A stretch of DNA of 64,000 nucleotides from Balanoglossus misakiensis (GCA_040954595.2 CM082576.2:13395129-13459128); one strand, 5' to 3'. Numbered from the stretch's first letter, positions 1 to 12,592 are shown. Numbers and translations: made by a program. The notes: generated from the letters alone by a model not told the origin.

Positions 1-44
1 TGTGTCAACTCCATTTACAGTTGTATTTATTTATTTCTCTGTAG

Positions 45-142
45 AAACTAGATCCTACCCAGTTTATCCGTTTGCATGGACGCCCTTGTAAGATCAACTT
101 GGATCCAGCTGTTGCCATGGCGGCAGAAGGACCAGGAACAAT
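45..142 (+). CDS. CLASRP: CLASRP exon (KLDPTQFIRLHGRPCKINLDPAVAMAAEGPGTM)
   Basis: tctgtag acceptor, gtaagt donor; matches the CLASRP N-terminal region. Confidence 0.92.
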
Positions 143-3100
143 GTAAGTTTTAACATTGGCATGTACTTTGTCATCAGTTTGAAAGTTCCGTGAAATGTGT
201 TGTCAAGTGGAAGTGAAACATTCTGATTCTTGCTTCTCTGGTGTTTGGCTTTTTGTGACCTTGGGAATGAAATATTGCTTTTTTGCTGTGTAATTTTGTC
301 TTTTGAACTTTATACTTATAGTACAATCTTGCCTGGAGGAAATATTAAAGGGTCTTTGTGTATTCAGAACTTAGTGCATCTTATATTTCACTCTGATGCC
401 TACCAGTACCTGCATGTGTGCCAAATGATTGTGACTATACTGTTAATGCATTCATTATAGTGGCCCATTTCTATGTTATGTTGCTAGGCGTTGACTTGGG
501 TCAAAATATTGACATGACTGAATACTGGATGGGCCACACGCAACTATTACTAAATTAATTAAAATCAAAATTGTTTGGACTTTTTTTGTTCGTAGGATGC
601 CTTGGCAAGGGGATTCCACCAACTCGATTGACAGATTTGACGTCAGAGCACATTTGGATTACATTCCTGAATATAAGCCATCACCGTTTCAAGATGTGGA
701 CGTTGAGGAAAAGAAATGCAACTATGAGCGTTATAGGACATTGGTTCAAAATGAATTTATGGGAAGTAAGTATTTAAACATGAAAGAGCAATAGGATATT
801 GGTTAAAAAATGAATTCATGGGAAGTAAGTTTTAAAACATGAAAAAGCTGGTCTCTGTAGATGGTCAATTTGGATGTAGATGAACTTCCTCTGTCTTTGA
901 GAAAAACAACAACTCATAATTCACTGCCAGCAACTTCAGAATGATATTTTAAAGCTTTAACTAGAACATGTAATTATCAATTCGGATTTCATACTTCAAT
1001 TTTTGACAGTGACTGAAGAGCAAGTGTTGTATCAAATACATCTGGATGACCTGTATGGGGCTGAGAAGAAAAAGAATGAAGAAAAAGAAAGGTAAATAAA
1101 GAAATGTCTCCCGAACCTTGATGACCGGTTTACAGTCATTCCACATTCCAAGGTTTCACATTATAATAAATTCCCATTGTATTATACTGTATTTCTTGAA
1201 TGAAATGAATCTATGCTTCACCAACAGGGTTCTTACAAGGGCTGTATCTCAATTTTTACGCCCCTATGCAACAATGTTATTCTTAGCCGTTATGCTGCAT
1301 TCCCCATAATGTAAAAGTTTTCAAAATGTGTATAGTTTTTGATCAACTCTGGTGTTAATGTTTCATTCAAACGTTGACTGATGGAATGCTTTTCAACAGG
1401 TTAGCTAAGGAGAGAGCATCAATAGGTTTTGTATATGAAGACAGTACCCCTGCTGTTGAAGATCCTGGTGGTGGTGACGAAGATGCTGGCAATGGTAATC
1501 CAGATGAGGAAGATGAGGATCAGGATGAGATAGACAGTGATATCGATATTGGTGAGTTTGGAAAAAACGGAATTGCATTACGAAATGTGTTGAGTGTGTG
1601 TGTAATGCGTCGCCGAATCATTGAAATGTGCCTTGATCTCTTTTTTCTTACATGTATTTTACATGTACATGTTCAACTTTGGTAACCAAAATGATTCCAC
1701 TTTCTATCTGGTGAAGTGAAGATAGAGAGTTTAGGTTATGTCCACTTGTCCTGAATCATTATTCAGACTATATACCTAATAGCAACACACATATCACATT
1801 GTGTTTTATTTGTACAGTAGAATATTAATATAGTAAATTGCCGTGATAATAGTTTTCGATGATGTACAGTGTACCGTGTATCTACAGACTGAACAGCATA
1901 ACTAAACCTGACGACATGAATGAATTTATGATGGTTGAATGTATTCATGTAATTATGAACATTCACAAGCAGTGCATTGATATCCTGTATTTCAGATGTC
2001 GATTTAGATGTTGACAGTTTGACTGAAGAGCAGACCGTGGAAGTAAATTCGTGTGGTCTCAATTATGGAATGGATCCTACTGAATATGTACGGTATGTGC
2101 CACCGTTCAATACTATCAGTTTATGAACATCTACATCGCTATAGAAACAATTTACTGTATTTTAACATCTAAGGTACTGGGCCTCCAAAATTCTTTGTCG
2201 ATTCAAGCCCCAGAAGTAAAAAAAAAAATTGTGTTTTTACAATTTGTTTATATCACTTTTTACCAGACGCCAATAGAAAGTAGTTCATCCCTATGTGTTG
2301 ATCATATGGTAAACCGCCAAATCCCTCCAAGTAAATCCCTAGAAGATTAAGATCATTGGAATTTTTTATTCGTTGTATCTGCAGACAGTTGAAGAGAGAT
2401 AAGGAAGAAGTGGAAGCATTAAGACGTGCAAGAGAAGAGGAGGAAGAAAAAGCACTTTATTCTGTAAGATCATGACATTGAATTCAATCATTTATAAGTA
2501 TTACAAAACAACAAATCATTTTCTATGTTTAAATATCACTACAGTATCACTACCCAGAGTTTGTAAAGAGTGACAGCCAATACAGGTATTGTTATAATTG
2601 AACAGCAAACGAGAGACATTATTGAAACAGCCTGAAAGCTGGGGATCAAAATTGAACAGCGCCCTCAGTGAAATAGTGTGTTCAGTGCAGAAAAAGGTCA
2701 TCTACCGGTATTGGCGTTCACTATATGGTCAGAATGCTAAGGACTGCAACCCGTGTAGACATCATTATTTTACAGCTGTGATTGCAAAATTGTTCAGGTA
2801 TAAATTGTGGGTTTTTACATTGTCATCCTTGATTTGCATGCCTTTCCACTTTGGTATTTATGGCCTGGTTGCAAATCTTACTCTGTTTTTATTTATTTTT
2901 GACAATCAGGGTCGCAAATCAAGACGTGAAAGAAGAGCATTGATAGAAAAGAGACTGAAAGGAAGAAAAATAAGCCCACCAAGGTAGGCATATAGTGTAT
3001 GTGTGGGTAAGCGAGTTGGTGTATTGCACCTAAACATAGGTGTTTAATTATTAAAGATGTATGATTTATAAGGCTGGTATATCATAAATGACTTCACAGA

Positions 3101-6100
3101 ATTACAAATCAAATGTTTTTAAAAAATTAGAAAACTTGCATATATGTCTATATATGTCACTAGATCCAATTTATATTGAATGAAGAAGTTATAGCTTGTA
3201 CTGTGATGCTGCATTTGCATTTAGTTTGATTAACTGGCAGTCTTCAAAAGAGCAAGATTAGGGTAAAAAGTGCTAAAATGGACCGAAGTCATGTAGCATG
3301 CTTTTTCCATATACCTACTGATTTCCCCCTTTCTCCCCATAGTTATGCAAGGAGAGACAGTCCAACATATCAGCCGTACCGCCATTCTGCTTCAAAATCG
3401 TCGTCGCGCAGCCGATCTCGAACCCCGGAGAATGTCGGCAAGATGGAATTCATCACCAGCTTCGGCGACGAAGAGGAAGAGACCAAGGCAGCGGCGGCAG
3501 CGACCGTGATTGGTCCCATGAATCGACCTCAGTCTAAACAACAACAAGAAAGGGTGTCAGAGTCTCGCAACAAATCCCGGTCGGTGTCTTTTCACTTGTT
3601 GCTCTTTCAAAAAAAAAACCACACTCAGATCTCGACTTTGTTAGAATTCGTGAAAAGCGGTCCACCAAGGCTGAATGAATTTTGCTTGCTGGGAGAGATG
3701 ACTGTTAAGTTTGTGTACGGGGATAAAAGCTCACAGATGTTACTGAGAAAGTTCTCCAGAGAGCGATGTGTAAGATAAATCTGATGACATGGGGCAGTGT
3801 TGAACAATAATTGTAAAAAGAACACTATTTGAAGAGCTGTTGTATGGGGGACGGGTAATCAGTTAGTGTGTAAGCACTTGTGTGTTGTGGTAAGTAGAAC
3901 TGGCAATAACCTATACTTTCAAAATATTGAAAAGCTGCAGCCAAGCTTGAAATGTGTTTTATACGTTTACTTGGAGCAAAAGAGAGTGGACAAAGGTTTC
4001 AATAGTGTTGACATTATTCGAGGACATTGATCGATAATAACAAGTTCCCAGCTTGTTAGTCTGATTGTCCTCTGTACACTTCAGAGAGACAGGTAAAACA
4101 CACGTTTCCAACCAGCAGACAACCACGTCTGGTCACAAGGCTTTCTCTCTGAGAGTCGGTCATCTGTGACAGTCACTCCGAGTTTCAAACAAGGACAAGA
4201 AATGACGTTGCTTGGTATTCTGTTCTGGCCAACAGGAGGCGGTCAAGCTCGAGAAGCAGCAGCAGCAGTGGGTCGTCCACTTCAGGTTCGTCGTACAGCT
4301 CAAGGTCGCGGTCTAGGTCACGATCGAGATCTCGGTCGAGGGGACGGTACCGCAGGTACTCGCGGTCGCGCTCGCGATCCAGGGATTCTCGGGATAGGTA
4401 CTCGCATTACTCCAAAGATAGGTATACTTACCCCAGGCGGCCTTACCGGTACGCCAGATCCAGGTCCCCCCTGAGACGCTACAGCAAGCGCTACTCGACG
4501 TCCAGTTCAAGTCGTTCGAGGTCGCGATCGAAGGATCGTCACGAGCACTCGCGGTCGCACGACCAATACCACAGGGAAAGAACTGATAGAAAATACGATG
4601 ACTTCAGCAGCAGATCCACGTTCACCAACAGAGATCAGGACTTTGCTGCAAAGAAGAAAGAGGACGTCACTACCAAGCTGAAAGCGTAAGTAGACAAGAT
4701 GTGACTTGTTTATCAGGTGACATGTACAAAAGCCAATTATAGTCTACAGACAACAAAAGGGAAAGACCCCAAGCCTTATTTACAAGCTGAGATTTAAAAA
4801 TCTACCTTTCTCGTGAACATTTAAAAATATTGTTAAAATTAGGATACTCATTTACATTAGAGTTCATTTATGTGTAAGAGGGCAAAGTTTCCATATTAGG
4901 CATTTTTTTGTGATTCTTAATTTTACTAATGGTGGTTTGTGATGTCAGCATATGAATACAGAATAGTGAATTGACAGACATCGGAATAGCCATTTTATCT
5001 GCAATCATGTTTTGGCAATTTAGCATTAACATTGCACTGTGTCCTCCCATTGTACCATATGACATGAACTCTTCACTTTGTTGTTTACTTGTTTACTTAC
5101 ATCTGTCCTGTTGTTTGACTTGCAGAGCTGAGACAAGTGTTGGTAAAGCATCTAACGTTAGTGCTAGTGTTAACACTAGTGCTGAAACCAAAGTCAGTAA
5201 GAATCTCTTGTTATATTCATCTGTCTTCATACTTGTTGACTCCAGATTACCCTTTCTTTGTCGTTCTAACCAACAATATTCATCTGCGTCAAGAATTGAA
5301 AATAGCAGCATATGTGCCTTTTTAATTAACCACTTCCGTAACACATACTAATTGGATAACACCTGTGATCATCATTACATATATACTGTTATGTGTTGAA
5401 TTGATGTAGGAATAATTTCCACCTAAAAATGTGTAAAGTTTGTATTCAAGTTTTGTGAAAAGAACATATGATTTATTCTTGTATGTGTTAGGCTGTTTTC
5501 ATTGTTTACATTGATGCATTTAGTTGACACAATTATAATTATATATAAAGAAATCATGATCACCACCACCCTCATAAAAATGTGTATATTTGAATGTATG
5601 TATATATATGTAGTGACCCTACTTCCCTCTCTTTCTATCGAGGTAAGGTTACTGATCAGGTTCATTACCTTACATGTATGCCTACCCAATGTAGGAGTGT
5701 ATAGCTCATGCTAAAAATTCTTTAATATAAATTTTTTGGTTTAGTGTAAATGTGGGTATTGGTCCACAAGAAATATTCAATTCTATTTCTGGATTTTTTT
5801 TGCACACGTGGTACAAATTTAGTCCAAAAGCAAAAATCTTCATTTCACTTTTGTGATTGGTAGAGAATGCTGTGAGTTTATCCAATAAACACACAACATC
5901 TATATTTCACTGGGAGTGAGTGGGATGTTGGGTGAACTGTTACAGAAGGACAGGGCAATTGCATAGCCAGAGAGGGGGCCTTTGAGAGTCGTCACAAACA
6001 ACATAAGCCATGCATTGTGATTAGTCTGTGCATTGTACAATGTGCCATCAATTTGACAATGAATTTCCTCCACTGCAGAAAAAGGTGAAAGGACACAACA

Positions 6101-7793
6101 GGTGGTTGTCAACACTGTCATATTTTAATATCTTTATTTTTATTGCTGTATAATAATCATGTAAAACCCCACAGAATGTTAACATCCACAGTTAGTGTTG
6201 TGATATTGATAGTGTTGATTTATTTACAGTCCAAACTGACACCCCGGGAAAAATTGAAAAAGAAAATGCAGTTGGCGCTTAACAAGCAACGTAAGTGTGT
6301 AAAAGCATGATTTGTTTCTAATTTTCTCCAGTTTGTATTTATTTTAAGTACTTCTGTGAAGTTCTACGGCATGACAACTACAATCGTGAAGAAAAAGAAA
6401 TGGCCACATGCCAACTTCTATCTTTAAGCATGTCATCAAAAAATAGCTCTGCAAATGTTTCCAACGAAGTGTTAACCTGACACTATATTGAATATGTAAC
6501 CAAACAGTCACTTACAAATTCCTGACATGCACAATGTTAACTTGCCATGCTAGGGAACAGTCAGTCATAAGTATTTCAAAACCTGAAGTGAAAATCTCTT
6601 TAAAAACCAGCTGACATCCATCACCTGCAATAAGTTTTAACCCTTTCACCACCATGGTTGGGTCCAAATCCATTGTTTTCTATGGTAACACTGGACCTTG
6701 ATAGAAGGAAATGGGGGGTGAAAGGGTTAAAGCATGAAAAATTCACCAGAGGACTCTGTTTGGCTTGATGTATTTGGCCTGTATGGACTCATGAATGAAT
6801 GGTGCATGTTGGATGTGTTCTTGCAGACAAAGCTGATAAGAAGAAAGAACAGTTGAAAACAGTTGAAAAAGAACAAGAGAGGATGGTATGTAATGTCATT
6901 GTCCAGTGAAACTGACATTGTTTATATGATATCGGATTTTTTGAAAGCTCCACTACAGGAAATATTTTCTGACTAATAATAAGTGAGCAACCTATGTAAT
7001 CTAATTGTTGTTTTAAATAGAAACTTCAGAAATGGGGACTGCAGCTGCTTGAATTTTGTTGCGACATTATTTACACAAAGACATTATGATCTGAAATAAA
7101 CTTGTCAGATCTCAGAGAAGGTGGTTAATCTTCTTCACATTTACAGGAAAGGGATGATGAACTAAGGGAAATTGCTCGCAAAATCAGAAGACGAGAAAGA
7201 GAAAAACGAGACCAAGAAGATGATTTCGTCATTCGTAAAAGTCGTTCAAGATCACCATCACCTAAAAGAGGTAACAATTGAATTTGAATGATTCATTTGG
7301 CAGAGAATGCATTTCTATAAAAAAGGGGAAAAATACTTAAAAATCATTTTGGAAAACTTCAGTTGAGTCCTAAATTGTGAAGATTAGAGTCAACTTTGTT
7401 GCCATGAAAACAACAGCCAATGTTGCGTTTTGTTTTGTAGTCTGAATACTAACCAAGTGCAACTTCTTTTTCTCTTGGACATTGTATATCATTGTATTTC
7501 ATTGGTGGTTTAGCCAAAGAGACTTGATAAGCCAACTGAAGGGTGCACTGCATTTTATTTTTGGCCAGAGTAATTTTGAATTACCATCTCAAATCAAAAT
7601 GAGTTATTGCATAATTTTATGTGAAATTAATGCATTGTTTGATGTCAAAAGAAGAGAATGAGAATTGAACACAATGTTGGTACATTTGATCATGGCAGGT
7701 TGGACATCAGACAGACACCCAAGAGAAACTGCCCCCAGAAGAAGATACCGCTCAAGGTCAAGGTCAAGAACTCCTCCCAGATATCGCTACTAG
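45..7793 (+). CDS. CLASRP: CLK4-associating serine/arginine-rich protein (CLASRP/SFRS16), 5'-partial, 14 coding exons: join(45..142,596..765,1010..1091,1400..1551,1996..2092,2385..2463,2910..2983,3343..3579,4236..4685,5126..5192,6230..6290,6827..6885,7147..7270,7699..7793)
   Basis: All introns are GT-AG and phases are consistent through to TAG 7791-7793. The spliced translation has the CLASRP hallmarks KLDPTQFIRLHGRPCKI, MMPWQGD..IDRFDVRAHLDYIP, KCNYERYRTLVQN, ASIGFVYEDS, GRKISPPSYARRDSPTY, FITSFG, an RS-rich region, KLTPREKLKKKMQLALNKQ and ERDDELREIARKIR, collinear with recalled human CLASRP. The N-terminal MWHEAR exon is outside the window. Confidence 0.95.
596..765 (+). CDS. CLASRP: CLASRP exon (MPWQGDSTNSIDRFDVRAHLD...VQNEFMG), SWAP N-terminal/DRY_EERY-type domain
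   Basis: cgtag acceptor, gtaagt donor; ORF 597..794 overlaps. Confidence 0.95.
733..848 (+). repeat. Tandem duplication (2 x ~58 bp) of an exon end plus 5' splice site
   Basis: 733..789 ataggacattggttcaaaatgaatttatgggaagtaagtatttaaacatgaaagagc versus 791..848 ataggatattggttaaaaaatgaattcatgggaagtaagttttaaaacatgaaaaagc. Confidence 0.9.
1010..1091 (+). CDS. CLASRP: CLASRP exon (MTEEQVLYQIHLDDLYGAEKKKNEEKER)
   Basis: ttgacag / gtaaat; phase 1 to 2. Confidence 0.92.
1400..1551 (+). CDS. CLASRP: CLASRP exon (LAKERASIGFVYEDS...acidic stretch)
   Basis: caacag / gtgagt; phase 2 to 1. Confidence 0.92.
1996..2092 (+). CDS. CLASRP: CLASRP exon (DVDLDVDSLTEEQ...YGMDPTEYVR)
   Basis: tttcag / gtatgt; phase 1 to 2. 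Confidence 0.92.
2385..2463 (+). CDS. CLASRP: CLASRP exon (QLKRDKEEVEALRRAREEEEEKALYS)
   Basis: ctgcag / gtaaga; phase 2 to 0. Confidence 0.92.
2910..2983 (+). CDS. CLASRP: CLASRP exon (GRKSRRERRALIEKRLKGRKISPPS)
   Basis: aatcag / gtaggc; phase 0 to 2. Confidence 0.92.
3343..3579 (+). CDS. CLASRP: CLASRP exon (YARRDSPTYQPYR...FITSFG...SRNKSR)
   Basis: Polypyrimidine tract plus catag acceptor; donor gtcggt chosen for phase compatibility, so the 3' boundary is slightly less certain. Confidence 0.85.
4236..4685 (+). CDS. CLASRP: CLASRP RS-domain exon (RRSSSRSSSS...RSRSRSRSRSRGRY...TTKLKA)
   Basis: caacag / gtaagt; open RS-dipeptide-rich frame that the ORF track does not list. Confidence 0.88.
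5126..5192 (+). CDS. CLASRP: CLASRP exon (AETSVGKASNVSASVNTSAETK)
   Basis: ttgcag / gtcagt; phase 2 to 0 bridges its neighbours; corresponds to the recalled human TEPAAGKETGAAK segment. Confidence 0.8.
6230..6290 (+). CDS. CLASRP: CLASRP exon (SKLTPREKLKKKMQLALNKQ)
   Basis: ttacag / gtaagt. Confidence 0.92.
6641..6726. mobile_element. piggyBac-like MITE (86 bp) in a CLASRP intron
   Basis: TTAA|CCCTTTCACC...GGTGAAAGGG|TTAA: 10-bp perfect TIR, CCC/GGG termini and TTAA target duplication (6637-6640, 6727-6730). Confidence 0.8.
6827..6885 (+). CDS. CLASRP: CLASRP exon (HKADKKKEQLKTVEKEQERM)
   Basis: ttgcag / gtatgt. Confidence 0.9.
7147..7270 (+). CDS. CLASRP: CLASRP exon (ERDDELREIARKIRRRERE...SRSPSPKR)
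   Basis: ttacag / gtaaca. Confidence 0.92.
7699..7793 (+). CDS. CLASRP: CLASRP last coding exon (GWTSDRH...RSRSRSRTPPRYRY*)
   Basis: tggcag acceptor; stop TAG 7791-7793; the C-terminus resembles recalled human RSRSRSRSPHYRH. Confidence 0.88.
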
Positions 7794-8245
7794 AATTGGT
7801 TGTTTGCAGCTGGGTTTCATCAGGGGACTGACTCCATTTTGTAAATAGTCACTTTCTACTAAAAATTGCCGATTTACTTTTGTTAGCTACATTTGTATTC
7901 ATCTGGTATTAACTCCAGTGGTTGGGATACCATTGAAATCAGTTGTGTATCTGTGATATAAGTATTTCCTTGTCACACCACATTCACCTATTAACACAAT
8001 CTTCTTATTCTGTATCAACCCATAGACGTCATCATTAAGTTGTAGCAATTGATTCTGTATTACACAGATTGAGGTGGTTCTCTGTTTCTGGGATATTTTC
8101 ATGGGGAGGGGGGGGGGCAAGATAAGAAAAACCCACCTCATGAAAGAAGGTATGATTACATTGATCAAAAACTCACTACAAACTCATCATTTTCAAACAC
8201 CTGCTATGTGTGTAGACTGCCAATTTCCCGACATGGTTCTGATAC

Positions 8246-8251
8246 AATAAA
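8246..8251 (+). terminator. Candidate CLASRP polyadenylation signal (proximal); further AATAAA at 9285-9290 and ~9408-9417
   Basis: AATAAA ~450 nt after the stop, followed by a T-rich segment. Confidence 0.45.
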
Positions 8252-8338
8252 ATTTATAGAATTTCCAGTGGCTTCATTGATTTTCTTTTACTTTGCTTGA
8301 ACAATGAAATTTATAAATCCTCAATTTGTCTGTGGAAC

Positions 8339-8370
8339 CATAGACCCTAGAGAAAGGGTTAGGGTCTATG
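8339..8370. repeat. Short inverted repeat (11-bp stem, 10-nt loop)
   Basis: CATAGACCCTA-gagaaagggt-TAGGGTCTATG. Confidence 0.75.
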
Positions 8371-11300
8371 AGCAGATGGTAGTGATAGCTGAATTATTTT
8401 ATGTCATGAACATGTACTGCTTGTTGATATTGAGGGACACTTCTTGGTGATAAACTTCAACTCAGATATATGTGATGTGGATATTGCTATTATGAAACTT
8501 TAATCTGAAAAAGGAAGAAAATTATAAGATGTACATTCAACAGTTGGTTGCATTTTTGGTGTGTGTTTACTCAGTTGTCAGGAAATGTGATTTCTGAATG
8601 GAGAACTGATGTGGCGAGAAATCTGAAATCATCAGTCGTAATAACACAAATCAATGTAACATCTTTTACAATCTAACCGAAATATCAAGTCTGGTTCCAA
8701 ACGTATGTGTACACATTGCAAATAAGGAACTGTACCAAAATCTTTCCTTGGATATTTCAGACAATTCATCACACAACTACTAGTATTTAATTTTCCACCT
8801 ATGTCATAGGAAATGTCTATGTACACCAAAATCTTGCCATCCGATATGCATCTGTAAATTACCTTCATTGTCTGCCTTCCCAGTTTCACAGCTATCCACG
8901 CATTGCCACAACTCCATCATTGGTCCTGTATGATAGATACTTGTCCCCTACATTAGCACTTCTCACAACATACCAGATGCCAAATTGGTGCCTTTTCTTT
9001 TGATTTTGGGGGGCTTGGACTTTGGTTTATGTACTTTTATTATTACTATTGATGTCATGTACCCTGTGATAATAGTCAAGTGATTTGTCCACAAAAGACA
9101 TTACTTTAACTTAGGATTCAAATCATTTTCAATCATTATGAACTTTCATAAATTTTATTTGTCATTGGCAAGAGCATTATTTCATTTAAAAATATAAGCA
9201 CCACGGCACAATATGAAATGGCACGGATTTCCAGCTTGTAATATCAGATTTAAATGTTGCCATTGAAATTTGTGTAGATTCCTAAATAAAGAAGTCTAAT
9301 ACGAAATGTGTCTTGCAATTTTTAAGAATGCCTATTTGCACATATGCATACGCAGAATAGCTGCTCATGTGACCTGGAAACACCGTCGTCTAATTTATGC
9401 AACCCACAATAAATAAAGCATAGAGCAATGTTATAGTATTCCAAAATATGAATACAAATTTAATGCATAAACAAACGGGTGAGAGCATGCTTTAGGTGTC
9501 GGGGACATTTTGGGGTAAAACAAGTTTTACAAAAAAAAAGACATCTTCGTCCAAGGTAAGCTCACATCGTCTAATGAGGGCGCTGTTGACAAATCCGTCA
9601 TAAGCCCATTTCTGTACATTGCCACACGGGCAGCCTGGATTGACTTGTAAGAACATTATGAAAGTCCCTTACGCATTTTGTTGCAACAGCTCAATGGGGG
9701 TTAAACCAGACTCAGTTCTGGAGCTGAAATGACTTCAGAAACTGATGAGGCAAACACCAAAAGCCTGCAACAGTGTCATTCACCACGTATGTGGGGACAG
9801 TAGATAGAATGAATCCTGGAATGAATCATAAAAATTCTTCGTTTCTTTTCAAAGACAACGTATTACCCCGGTATGTGGAAATGACTTGTCAAAGTAGAAT
9901 GTGCACGGTTACAGATTGTTACCTATGTTTATTATGCTCTTACCAAACCATGCCGTACTGTACTGTACTGCTTTGATTCTCTACTTAATTTGCAAGGTGG
10001 TGCCATACTCTATTTTTTTTAATGAGAAGGGCGTTGTATTGCTTTATATGAAGAAGTTTGTTTCATTGCCAATAGCGGGTAGATATTTCGGCCTAGCCAA
10101 GTATATTGATTATTGTATCAACATAGCAATTTTATCATTTTTGATGAAGATAATTTTGTGTTATAGAAGTACTAAAAAGACGATCTCCAATTCAGCAAAC
10201 TTAACACCAGAATAATTGTAAGAGAAAAGGCACCTTTGCACGATAAACTTGTTTGTCACACAAAGTTGAACGAAGAAAACCGAGGAATTAATTCTTATAC
10301 GTAAACCGCTTTCATGTTTTTGTCAGCACTGTGGGATACAGATAACTAGATAACACCTTCACTGTCTCTGAACATCCACCTGCGCGATTCTCAAGGAGGA
10401 TTGACAAAGGAATTTGTCAGATGCGCCTAAGCTTGTAAACCATGTAGCACGCAAGTGAACAACGTTGCGCCTTTCGTATGATTATTGCTGTAGGGTCCTT
10501 CCGACTTTCGGAAATAACCAGTCCAATTCACTTTCGTTGCCCGGTATCAAACAGTGGGCGTAGTTTTACTGGCATTGGCAAAAGTACGCGAAAATGATTT
10601 TCAGTATAGGTGATGCACAAATACCTCCAAAGGACACTTCTTCACTTCATGTTTTGTAGTGTTGTAACTAGTATATACATATTGAAGCGTGGTGTCTATG
10701 TGTGGAGGGACGTGATTGCACAAAACGATATCATGATTGTTTTATCGTTCTGAAAGGTCTCCACGATACCAGACTGGGGCATAGCGTTAATGTTATTTAA
10801 ATAGGACCCCGTAAATTCCATTTCCAGGTAACGCGGAATGAAATGAAGGTCCTAACAAGCATTGTTCATCCTGTCGGCATCGTGCATGGCTTTGTGCATG
10901 GAATCAGTACAACTTTCTGTGAGATTAATGTTTGGCACTCGAAGAGGAATGGTGCGTGATTGACGCGCTTCATGACGGAGAGAGTCCACTCGCTGTCGAC
11001 AGTGAGGTCATCCTCGCCGTTTCCAGGGCGACAGTGCAAAGCAGGTGTCTTGTAGGAGTTTTAATCTTGACTAAATCCGGAGGAAGCGAAAAGACGCACA
11101 GGATGGCTGTCGGCAGCCGGAAAACGACGCTGCTTGAAGTCAAAACTTGCATAACCAGGTCAGACAAACTTCTGATCAATAAAGCATCTCAGGTTGTTTC
11201 CCGACATCGTCGCAGTGTGGACCAACTTGCGTTCTTCTTGCAGACACAAACAGTGTAACGAGAACGACTTTAGTTTTCACCACGGTCATTAAAATTACTA

Positions 11301-12592
11301 GATAGCACTTAAACCGCAGTTTCACCCAAACTTAGAGATATAAACGGTCACCTATGCGAATATAGCCACAATTACCGTCCAGCCAATCACAGATTTTGGG
11401 TGAGTGGCAACGCGAAAAAAGTGCGCCACCACACGGTCATTCGAAGATTTACACACACCCGTAAATTAGAAATGATTGTAATCCTTTAATATCTATCACA
11501 TCTTCGTTGCCCCTTCTTGATATGTGTGTGTGTTTGGGGGGGGGGGCGACATCTAAGGAAATTGCTTCAGTTCGTAGGCGGTATTTTTGTAAAGTCAAAT
11601 ATTTTCAACGACAGGCATCTTCCACCGTGGCACCAGGTGGCACGCATTGATTGTTTTTTAAATAATTTGGGTCTGCGTTGCTTTTTTGGGGGCGCATTCA
11701 ATTGTCAACAGCGAGAGTGCAGATTAAAACACTTACAGGCTGTGATGGTAACATATTTGGTCGAATTTTCAGCGGGTGGTGCCTGATTTGGAGTACGAGA
11801 AGAAAAGCGTGATTGATCCACAAAAGGACCGAATCACCGCGAAAATTGCCGCTAGTCACTTTATACTCAAATCAGATTGCTTCTGCGGATTACACCTAAA
11901 TTTAGCGGAACACAAAAATTCGACAAGAGTCGGTCGGCAGCACCGACAAGAACGCAAACAATTGCAACACAGGCCGGGAAATGTTAGCTTTTGACGCCAG
12001 AAAAACGACTGAAAAGAATATGGCATTAGTGCAAGCTGCGTCATCATTGTCGCTGACAAGTACTTCCGTCTGCTAATCTCTGAAAATTGCGTCGTTAGAC
12101 ACACCTGCACGACATATTTAAGACCGAATTATGTAATTTTGGTTTTATGCTTTTTACTCTTTAATGCTGCTGTCCTAATCGTTGTGATAGGCCTAGGTCT
12201 TTAACTAACTGCAGGTTAATTGCCCCTCAGCTCTGCCAAGACTATCCATGCAACAGCGGCTTGACGTCTTCTCGTGTTCTATCCTATCGCCTCTATGACG
12301 CATCATCATTTGTTGGACTTTATTCTCCACAAAACGTTAAGCTTCTGTTAAGGCGACGCAGGACTTATGGGTTGTGCTGATTGTCCGTCGTCGCGCCGTA
12401 CATCGACAGTTTACCTCTTCTCGACTTTGATACTACTGAGGATAATCGAATTGTGAATCAGATCTGAAAAATCGTATGATTGGGTCAATTTTAGTCATCT
12501 TTGAACGTAAAAACAACAACGTTGCAGAAACCTGCCATCGTATCGCTATGAAAATCTATAAACAGGTCCTTTTGGTTTACCTTGTGGATGAG

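Noticed and set aside
4166-4510. ORFs 4166..4474 (+) and 4313..4510 (-)
   Set aside because: Off-frame and antisense shadows of the CLASRP RS exon.
10850-11290. Coding-looking CpG-rich segment (ORFs 10932..11258 + and 10970..11179 -; a minus frame MSGNNLRCFIDQKFV* with an in-frame TGA)
   Set aside because: Non-ATG starts and no recognisable domain. The TGA-containing frame also hits TAA, so selenocysteine readthrough does not rescue it.
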